Shown here piece after piece: positions 37,101-46,846 of a stretch of 49,968 nucleotides of DNA. Every line of letters begins with the position of its first letter. Within the stretch, counting starts at the first letter, position 1. The translations under genes and the position numbers were made by a program. The notes beneath the pieces are model-generated. The model was not told where the DNA came from and did not search any database. It saw only the letters and a list, made by a program, of their open reading frames with translations. The DNA comes from Chromera velia. Lineage: Eukaryota. The stretch spans positions 1-49,968 of the forward strand of contig JAHBMJ010000357.1 in NCBI GenBank assembly GCA_018398765.1. Direction: 5' to 3'.

Positions 37101-39879
37101 GGTGAAATTTTTGGGGTTGGTGGTTAATAAGAAGGGGGTCAGACCGAGCCATGAGAAAATGCAAGGGCTCACTGAGTTTGCACAACCCACAGACCGCACT
37201 TCCCTGCACCAGTTTCTAGGACTGGCCAATTGGTTCTGCTGGTTTGTCCCGAGGTTCTTGTTTCTTGCGGGGCTTCTCACATTCCTCCTCTAGGGGAACG
37301 TCCCCTTCGAATGGAAGACTGCACAGTCGCGTCCGTTTGCTGAGCTGAAGAGGGCAATATAGGAGCACGCCACCCTTGCCTTCCCCGATCCCAGCAAGCC
37401 AGTCATTCTGGTACCCGACGCATCGCAGTCTGCAGGAGCCATTGGAGCTGTCGTCTTCTAGAGGGACTACGTAACCAGGAGATACCGCCCCCAGGCCTCG
37501 CTTTCGGCTCCCGCCATCTGACATCCACGGAAGCTAAGTACCCTGTCCGAGAGTTGGAATTTCTAGCAATTGTGCATTTCGCAAAGGTGTGGAGACACTT
37601 CCTGTCTTCAGACTCCGAAATATGGACCGATCACCAGAGCCTCACAAATTTCAGCCACCGATTGTTCGAATTTTGCTCCCTGCGAGTCCGACACTGGATT
37701 GAGTTCATGCAGGAGCTCGGCATCACTCCAAAGTACATCCCAGGGAGAGCAAACATTGTGGCAGACGCCCTTTCCCGAAACCCTCCTGCCGCACGGCAGC
37801 TCATGCCGTCTTCCGCCAAGGTTTCTTGCATGGGTTGCACTCAGCGTCTGCCTGTACGTCCCAGGCCCCTGCCGGAGGCTGTCCCAGTGTCTGTCCAGCC
37901 TATTGGGTCTTTGGGGGCAGAGTATGCTGATCTGCCCGATTTGGTTCCTGAGATTGAGGAAAGCCAGGCTCCAGTTAGGGAGGGAGATGGGCAGTAGTCT
38001 CAGGTAGGGATGGAGTTGCAAAGTTTGACAGTCTCCGCCACGCACTCACAGGCATTCCTTGATGCCTGCAGGAGGGGATACTCAGCCGATCCCTTCTTCC
38101 ACCCTGTCCTTCAGCATCTGTCACAGCAGCGCCCACCCGCCCCCACCCCTGATTTTGCCCTTCGTTTGCGAGGCATGTCGCTTCGTACCAGTCTCCTATA
38201 TTTTGAGGGGAATCGTCTCTGTGTCCCTAGATCTCTGCAGGGGACTGTGATGGCTGGGGTGCACTCCACTCCACACGCTGCTCACTTTGGGATGGGGAAG
38301 ACCTATCGAAAGGTGGCGTCATTGTACTACTGGCCCAAGATGTAGAGGTCAGTCGCTTCCTTTGTTCGCGCGTGCGATCGGTGTCAGAGAAGCAAGAGTC
38401 CCACTGCGGCCCGCCCCAGGCTTCTGCAGCCCCTCCCTATCCCTTCATACCCTTGGGAGTCGACTTGCATTGACCGCCTTACTGACTTGCCGCCTTTCGG
38501 TGATGAGGGGTTTGATATGATTCTTGTAGTGCTTTGCCGGCTCATCAAGGCAGTCGTCTTGATTCCCACTCACAGCACAGCAGGAGCAGAAGAGACCGCG
38601 CAAATCTACCGCCAGCACGTTTCATGCAAGAAGGGCTTCCAGTGTCATATCATCTGCGACCGTGACCCCCGTTTTGTTGCCCGCTTTTGGTAGACCCTCC
38701 ATGCCTCCAGCGGTTCAGAAGTCGATTTTGCGACTGCATCGCACCACGATACAGCGGGTGCCGCAGAAAAAATGAATCGCACCCTTGAGGAGACTTTGCG
38801 GTATCTGGTAGACACAAAACACTCCCGGTGGTCTGAATTTTTGTGTGAGGTGGAGTTTGCATACAACTCCTCTGTTCATAAGGGGACTGGTTTTGCACCC
38901 CTCACTCTCGATGGTGGGAAGTCCCCGCTCATCCCCCCTGCTCTCAATCTCCCAGTCTCAGTCGAACCTTCTTTCGACACAAGGGAATTTCTGGAGGAGC
39001 ACAGCCAGATGATCGCTGCAGTGAGAGATTCACTCCGCTCAGCCCAATAAGTCATGACCCGAAACGCTAATCGCCGTCAGCGTCCCGCCGAGAACATCCG
39101 AGTAGGAGATTATGTCCTGGTGCACTACACGTGGTGGCCAGGTCCTGTGGGGAAGGGGGAAGAATATGCTAGGAAGCTTGATTCAGTTTGGTTCGGTCCA
39201 TTCGAAGTCGAGACCGTTCTGCCTTGAGACAATCTGGAGGTTGTTTTGCCTGCTGGGAGCAGGAAGCACCCTATCATTCACATATCGTTGTGCAGGCCTT
39301 ACCGTCAGCCGAGTGGGGAGATTCGCCCCCCATCTGTCTGCATGCCCGCTTGGGCCGAGGAGGAGTATGAAGTCGAGAAAATCCTTGCAGTCTGAGAGAG
39401 GGGAAAAGCCAAGCAGTACAAGGTTCTCTGGAGGGGATATCCATTGGAAGACGCATCATGGGAGCCCCTGTCATCATTGAAGAATACAAAACAAGCGATT
39501 GCCAATTTCCATGCTTCAGCTTGAGTGAGGCGTACAGGCCATGGGGGGGGGAGAGGGCACGTTACGTTATGGCTTGTACGGCGACTTGATCACCCGTTAA
39601 ACTTGCTAGAACTGGGACTGGGAAACTAACTTCGCAATACTAAGCCCAGCCGGCATTAATTAAGTGCACTAAGAGAATTAAGTGACAGACTGATAATACA
39701 GAGAAAGAAATAATAGACTTGCAATATAGAAATAAATAGAAGCATGCCGTACAGTCTTCGTCCATCTGTATCGCTTGAATAGAGTCCTTGGAAGTGAACT
39801 CTGAGTGACAGACTTAAGGAGGTAAGGTATGATAAGTCCCTAACTAGACTACGTTCTTAGTCTAGGAGGAAATCTGACG
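34105..39879 (+). mobile_element. Full-length, inactivated Ty3/Gypsy chromovirus LTR retrotransposon
   Basis: 320-bp LTRs 34105-34424 and 39560-39879 (8 transitions); TSD CCATC (34100-34104 / 39880-39884). PBS TGGTAGCAGCAGAGCC follows the 5' LTR and [18 protein letters not shown] (39543-39557) precedes the 3' LTR. Domain order is PR-RT-RH-IN-chromodomain. Confidence 0.96.
34504..39524 (+). pseudogene. gag-pol polyprotein of the chromovirus, disrupted by stops and frameshifts
   Basis: Zn knuckle CFSCHQQGHRANRC; protease LYDPGADSNFL; RT LDLRQYFHQ, MPFGLCNAP, FIDDVLVFS; RNase H WTDHQSL...ANIVADALSR; integrase HSTPHAAHFG...CDRC, CDRDPRF, EKMNRTLE; chromodomain EYEVEKIL...YKVLWRGYPLEDASWEP. Many in-frame TAG/TAA/TGA codons. 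Confidence 0.95.
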
Positions 39880-41034
39880 CCATCCTCTGCTTCTTGGTTG
39901 AACTTCTTGGTGACAGACGAGAATCTGTCCCAGAGCGAAGGTGACAGATCGGAAGAGAGCGCCCGACTCTTGCGTGAAATCGGTACGAAAGCCTGGCTCC
40001 AGGTGAAGAGGCTCAGATAAAGCTGCACAGACGGAGCCGCCTGGAGTGCGTTCCATTTGGTATACAGGCCTGCCACTTCCACAGGGAAGGGAAGTGCTCC
40101 CAGAGTGAAGGGACTCCCTCCGAGGCAAAATGCTCCAAGGGATTCCCGAACGGAGATGTTCGGAAGTGGTTCTCATCCTTGTATGTGGATGAAGTGATCG
40201 TTGATGCTGGTAACAGAATGCGAAGCACCAAGATAAGGTCGTGACTACGAGTAACGCAAAGAGCAGCTGCCTCTGTCCCTTCTGCCAAGTTACCGATTGA
40301 GATTCCTTAAATTTATGTTAGGAGAGCAAGTGAAAAAGAGTGAATGAGGCTACCCAGTCGTCCCGGGAGCCCGCACCACATGAAGCAACAGCTAGTGTAT
40401 GAGCGTCAGAGCTACTCAGTGCTAGGCTATAGCTTCACCTATATATAATCTCAATCTCGTAGCCTCATCGACAGAAGGAGTGTTAATGTACGGTTTTGCT
40501 GCTTAGCCTCTAGATATATAGGCCAGTTTGATGCAGTACTTTCTGCCTGATTGCATTTATGCATGCTCTATCGATCCGACGTGCATGCTGCATGCATGTG
40601 CATGCCTTTTTGCGTCACCTGTGCTCACGCTTTGCATGCAGGCCGTGAAGCTTCGACTTGGCACGGATTGACTTGACTTTGTTGGTGCCACTTTACGATA
40701 GTGATAAATACTAGTCGCACGTAACCGTATGTTACTGGTCATATAATTTGAATATATAATTTTCACATCATTTATGCCCAGCGGGGAACTAATCAATGAA
40801 TCAATTAATTATACAAGTGTTTAAAAACCTGTGAATTTGAATGATTGAATCTAAACCTAGTTTATTAGTTGAGAAAATTAAAGTTGGTCTGGACGTACTT
40901 TGCTTGGCGATCAGGTAAAAGAATAAACCAACCGGTTTTGGCACTCTGGCCTGACCTTCTTTCTCTCAGTTCACTTGTATTCCATTGTTTTTCTTTTCAC
41001 GCTCTGTACTATGGTGTTGGCGTTCCTCCCTCCT

Positions 41035-41630
41035 TTTTTTTATGCTGCCAGTGTTGTCTAAACTTGTCTCATATGTTTTTTTTTGTGCTGCCTATGTTGT
41101 TTTTCGCTGTTTTTGTCTCAACTCTTTTTCTTTGCTGCTACCTGGACGTGTTATGTTTCACTTGTTTTGTTTTATCTCTTTTTCTTGCTGCTGACTGTGT
41201 TGTCTTTTGCTTGTTCTTTCTTAGCTCTTTTTCTTTGCTGCTGCCTGTACGTGTTGTCTTTCGCTTGTGTTGTTTCAGATATTTTTCTTGCTGCTGGCTG
41301 TGTTGTCTTTCGCTTGTTCTTTCTCAGGTTTTTTTCTTGCTGCTGCCTGTACGTGTTGTCTTTCGCTTATGTTGTTCCAGATATTTTTTTTACAGCTGGC
41401 TGTGTTGTCTTTTACTTATTCTTTCTCAGGTCTTTTTCTTGCTGCTGCCTGTACGTGGTGTCTTTCGCTTGTTTTGTTCCAGATATTTTTCTTGCTGCTG
41501 GCTGTGTTGTCTTTCGCTTATTCTTTCTCAGGTCTTTTTCTTTGCTGTTGCCTGTTCATGTTGTCTTTCGATTGTTTTGTCTCCTCTTTTTCTCGCTGCC
41601 GCCTGTGCTATCTTTTCGCTCGTTTTGTCT
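41035..41630. repeat. Minisatellite of alternating ~49/53-bp monomers, copy 2 (about two more 102-bp dimers than copy 1)
   Basis: Same units as 32760-33150 with a longer array. Confidence 0.85.
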
Positions 41631-42344
41631 CGGGCCCTTGGCTCTTTTAGGAAGACTTTTCCCTGTTTCTACCTGTTTCGTACTGTGTTGGCTTTCGTGG
41701 TCTTTGGCTTGTTCTTTCTCAACTCTTTTTCTGTTTTCTGGTCTGGTTACTGCCTGCCTATAGCTGACTGCATGTGCTAGTGCATGTGTTGTTTTTCGTT
41801 TGTTTTCTGACCACTTTTCCTTGCTGCATAGTACTGCAAAGCAACTTGCTATTCAAATTGCCTGTGCTACTTTATATTGTTTCAAGATAGATAGTACAAT
41901 TTCTTTTTTTTCGTTATTTTTTCAACTTTTTTGTTTAAATTTAAGTCTTAAAATGTTGTGAGATGGCTTTTAATTCTATATATTCTAGGTTTTATGATCG
42001 TGAACGTTTTTCCACTCAAAAACGAAAAAAGGTTTTATGATCGATTTCTAGATTAGTAATATGTTTAATTCAGTGTTGATTATAATCTAGGTATAACAAC
42101 ACGGTGTTAACACCTATAGCAATAAATACTAGTCGCACGTAACCGTATGTTACTGGTTATATAGTTTCAATTTGAATATATAATTTTCATATCATATATG
42201 CCCATCGGGGAACTAATCAATGAATCAATTAATTACACAAGTGTTTAAAAACCTGTGAATTTGAATGATTAAATCTAAACCTAGTTTATTAATTGAGAAA
42301 ATTAAAGTCGCTCTGGACGTATTTTGCTTGGCGATCAGGTAAAA

Positions 42345-42406
42345 GAACAAACCAACCGGTTTCGGCACTCTGGCCTCGTCACTGAGTCATCAGGGATTCA
42401 CTGTTC
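42345..42406 (-). ncRNA. Degenerate type I hammerhead-ribozyme-like motif
   Basis: Minus strand reads gaacagtgaatcc-CTGATGA-ctcagtgacga-ggc-cagagt-gcc-GAAA-ccgg-tt-ggtttgttc: both core boxes, a stem II (ggc/gcc), a palindromic CCGG stem III and a bulged stem I. An extra 11 nt separates CTGATGA from stem II, and the cleavage triplet is GUU. Confidence 0.4.
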
Positions 42407-43187
42407 CTACAAGATCACCGCACACCTTTTTCATTTAAAGATAATGTCTGTCCCTCGGACAGAGCATCAGAGCTGTAAAGAACTCTTCTGGAGTAATTTC
42501 CAACACCTCACTTGGTGAAGCGGGGCCGTGAAGCTTTATTATCGTATTACTGGTGTAGTTATGTACCTAAACAGTTACACTGCGGTGAGTTTTAAAGAAG
42601 AATGTAACTGAAACGTAGTTGAATGCAGTCAAATTAACCAGCATTATAATAAAAGAAATTAAAAGTTCACGGACCTAGTTAAGCCATGTCAGGCCGCCGG
42701 CGGTCTCATTTGAAAAAAGTAAAAATTAAGCAAATAATTAATGCATATCATCAAACCGTCAATCAAGTAACTCAAGTAAAAAGGTGGGCAGATGTACCCC
42801 CAGCGACTAGCCCAGCGATTCATGCAACCAGACCAATACCCTGAACCAGTACGCCGTTCAATTCGGTTTAATTCACATCTGCACACAATTAAGCCCGCCG
42901 TCAAGAGACCTAAAGTTGGACAGATGCACCCGCCTGCGTTGACAATGAAACCTCAGTTTACATCCGATAGAGCAGACGAACAAATACATGTTTTCTGTAA
43001 TGATTCGCACAGACAGACGCTGGGTGGAGCCAGAACGAGAGACCGGGCATGAAGAAGGAAGGAGTCCCAGCCTGCTCCCCTCTATGCTCCCTTCTGTACA
43101 TCTTATGCAGTCGATCGGACATTCCCCCTGCCTGGATGAGAGAATGGAGACAGTCGTCGTGTCAGACAGAAACAAAAAAAATCAACA

Positions 43188-46100
43188 TCACACGCGTCGA
43201 AGTTTCGATGGAGGTGGCTGTTGAGCCCCCGCGATGATTTTGTCCTTGTCTGCGCCGGCAATTGCTGCTGCCTGCGCAGCTGCGGCCTTCTTGTCCGCTT
43301 TCTCCTTCTCCTTCTCTGCCTTCTCTGCGGCCTCTACTGCGTCTGCAGCGGCCGCGTTGCCCTCCGTGGGCCGCTCAATCAGACGCGCAGAGACGCCGAA
43401 TTCGTAGAGCTCGCCCGCACGAGATGTGTCTGCATACGTCAAATATTCCCATATGGTACAGCAGCCCATGTGATCCTTTATTGTTGCGCAGAAAAGGAAG
43501 CCTAGCTGATCGGCGGTTGCTCAGTTGCCACTTCTTTTCCACTTGTGCAGCCACAGAAAACAGACTCGCCGAACCCAAACAACACACCCACCTCCACAGG
43601 ACGAGTCACACACACCACAAAGATGACCCATATGCATAGGGGGAAGGTCCATGAGGACCAAACCATAAAACTTTCCGCACGACAGCGCACTAGACGAGAA
43701 AGATGCGGTCCAATTAGTTATTTGCTTGCCGGCCCACCCACCCACCCACCCACCCACAGGCACACACACCAACTGCTCGACTGACTGACTGTCTGACTGA
43801 CCCATTTTGAAGACTTTGTGGGTCTCGCTCTGTGTGAGGAACCCGAGGCTGATCTGAGCGTCCACGATCATCTTCTTCATTGAAAGGAAGTGCTGAGGGG
43901 GGATCTGCAAGCAGCCAGCCTCACATACGTATGCATACAGGCATCCATACATGTTCAGATTTATAACAAACCTGTATCGCTCTTTCACTCAGCTTGAATA
44001 CCATTGTCTCCCCAGCATCACCAAGGCACAGTTCATGTTGGCAAAATGATTCGAATCAAATCGTCTCAGAGGATAGCGCAACAAAAAACGCTAAGCAAAA
44101 GATCATTTCACAAATCATTTCGATCCCACCCCTCTCCCAACTCCCTTCAAAAATTCTACTCTGACGGACCTGCAATCGTGAGGAAACCTTCTTTTCATTC
44201 TCGTCAAGCAAGTCCCATCCAGGAAGGATACTATACTCGTCTTGCGGTCCGAACTGCATTTCCTTCGGTGCGCCCGCATCCCTCTCCTCCCCCCCCTCTC
44301 CTGGAGCCTCTACTCCCTCCCCTCCTTCTCCCTCCCCTTCCCCCCCCAACCCCAAGCCCATACTCTCATCAACAGACCCGAGAGAGGAGTGGCCACTCCG
44401 CCCTAATATTCCCCCCCCCCTTCCTCCTCCCTCCGTGTCGCCCTCCCCCTCTCCCTGTCCCTCTGTGTGGGTCTGGGAGTGGGCAGTCATCGTGTCGCCC
44501 TTGCCCCTCCTGCCGACTCCCCCGACGGCATCGATCTCTTCCTGCAACCATTCATTATTCGTGCTGTACATTTCTTTACAGCATGTTTTCCCTGTCGGTG
44601 AACATAAAAAATAGTGAAGGTACACACACGTAGACCATCCAGCTGACTTTTACACCTTTGACCTTCCTGCACCGGACATCCCCAGCCCTTCTCTTACGTT
44701 CTCTTTTGCGTTCCCCCTTGTTTTCAGCAATGTGCAGGGAACGAAACAAACGAGAAAAAAGAGACATTTGGATAGGGGAACGGTGGAGGGGAAGAGCGTT
44801 GACAAAGGAGAACGGACGCAGACTGGGGGTTTCTTTCACTGCAGAACACCCAGAGACGAGAAAATAGAACGCACAAGAGAAACAATCGCGTTCGGGAACT
44901 TTGATTTTTGTAAGGTTGTGCGAAGAAGCGGCATTCGGCACCATAGAGGAAGACGCAGAAAAAGAGAGACAACGCTCGAATGACGCACGCACTGACTGAC
45001 CTGATCCATCACCCACTTCCTGCCCGTCTTCTTCAGAGCTGTCACTACCTCCTTTTCCTGCACACATGACGTATGTCGATTTTGTCTGTTTGTTTGTTCG
45101 TCCATTTCATTGTCTGATCTGCCTGTCCGCCTGTCTGCAAGGGTCTCTGTCTGTCTATCTGATTGTCTGTCCGTCCGTCCGTCCGTCCGTCTGTCTGTCT
45201 GTCCGTCTGTCCGTCCGTCCGTCCGTCCGTCTGTTCGTCCGTCCGTCCGTCTGTTCGTCCGTCCGTCCGTCTGTTCGTCCGTCCGTCTGTCTGTCTGTCT
45301 GTCCGTCCGTCTGTCTGTCTGTCCGTCCGTCTCTCTCTTTCTGCTTTGCCTGCATGCCTGCCTATGTGTCTGCCTCTCTCTCTCTCTCCCTCTCTCTATC
45401 TGTTTCTCTGCCTGCCTGCGCAATTGCATGAGTGTATGCACGTTTTCATATTACACGAATGTGCGTGTTCACGTCTGTTTCTGGTATCAATGCTAGCTTG
45501 TGTGTGTCTGTATGCTAAGATTTCCCTTCATTTGTCTGTTTGTATGCCATGTACGATAGTCCCTTGACGATTGAAGGCATGCCTGCGTGAAGGGACTCGG
45601 AGACACAGCGAGACGGAGTCAGTGTGGGCCTGTAACAGGGGTCACTAAAGCTGCCACAAGAGGAAGGCGGATTGTGACTACGGGGACAGGCCTGTTTTGT
45701 TTCGTTTTGAACTTCCAATCATCTGATTGATACAGGAGACATGCAGGAAATGGAGGGAGGGGTATGAGGAGATTCGATGAAGAAAGAATGCGATTACATG
45801 GACAGTTGGGTGCCAGTACTGTGCGAGCGCTCTCTCTCGCACCCGTCTGCCTGCCAGTCGTTTTGTGTCTGTTCTGGCACAGCTTTGCGCATGCAGATTA
45901 TGCGATCTTTTTTCTTCTTCTGCATTGCCTGCCTTCCATTTACCTTCAGTTCTTCTTCCCCTTCTTCTTCTGCGACCCTCTCTTCTCTTCATGGAGACCT
46001 CTCTGTCTGTCTTCCGATCAGTCAAACTTTGGACCTTTCTCTGTCTGCTGATGCTCTCAGCTGCTAAGTGGACGGACTGACAGGACGGAGTGCAAGGAAG

Positions 46101-46810
46101 GGCGTTGGTTGAGGAGGAACGTGCCCGAACCAATTGGGGCACCAAGCAAGGAAGCGAAATCAAGCCAACAAATAATCGAGGTCGGATCTGACCGGATGGA
46201 ATGTGAAGGCGTTGGTTGAGGATGAGGTCTGGTTGCTCGAGTAGGTGGGCTTTTTGTTTTGGACCTCCCGCGCTTGACCGATGGACTCAAGCTCCTGCTA
46301 TCAAACAAAACAAAGATCAATCAATGGATAAAGCAAGAAGGAAACAAGGCAATGCGGCATTACACGAGACGGTCACATTCCGGCTTTTATCTTTTTCCAT
46401 CTCAAGAATGGTTTGCCATCCCTGGAAGGCGGCAAACAAAAAAGGAAACTGGCGGTCCCAGAAAGAAGCAGAGAAAGGGGTACAGACATAGAATCTTCAA
46501 TCATTGGAAGAAATTTTCAAAGAAAATCCAAGAAAAAATCACCTGGAAGAATTTTCGTGTACACTCACATTTTGATCGCGAGGACAAATACTTCCTTTCT
46601 TTTGGACCTCCAAGGAGAAAACAAATTCCAACCACAAAAGAAAAGAAAAGTTGAGGGGACACAAAACCCGCCTATCCCCTTTTCCTATCAAAAGACACTT
46701 TCGTCTTCTAATGAGACTGACTGCTGCTTCCCTGAAAGTCCGGATGCCTTTTTGCCTCCACTCACGCAGCTTCTCCGCCCTCTCACGGAGACGGCGCTCG
46801 GTAATTAAAC

Positions 46811-46846
<36 letters not shown>

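Larger units (their letters stand above)
33662..40697 (-). mobile_element. Non-autonomous TRIM-like LTR retrotransposon (about 1.26 kb net), host of the Gypsy insertion
   Basis: LTRs 33662-33993 and 40379-40697; 5-bp TSD ATAGT (33657-33661 / 40698-40702). Minus-strand PBS TGGTGCGGGCTCCCGGGA (40378-40361) and purine-rich PPT AAAGAAGGGAA (within 34010-33994). Only ~600 bp of internal sequence remains once the Gypsy is removed. Confidence 0.85.
32677..42376. repeat. Head-to-tail tandem of a 1.2-1.4 kb repeat unit; copy 1 = 32677-33661 + 40703-40949 (split by the LTR nest), copy 2 = 40950-42376
   Basis: 32677-33661 aligns with 40950-42120, and 40703-40952 aligns with 42121-42376. Removing 33662-40702 restores the copy-2 junction cacctatag(t/c)(g/a)ataaatactagtcg. 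Confidence 0.9.

Noticed and set aside
32760..41630. Regularly spaced ~50-bp repeats as a CRISPR-like array
   Set aside because: There are no unique spacers (whole monomers are homologous and alternate), no cas genes, and the context is eukaryotic. It is a minisatellite.
32677..42376. A1...B1-A2-B2 split direct repeats of a Ngaro/PAT tyrosine-recombinase retroelement
   Set aside because: Removing the TSD-bounded LTR element makes A1 and B1 contiguous, leaving a simple tandem. No tyrosine recombinase ORF is seen, and the internal pol has a DDE integrase.
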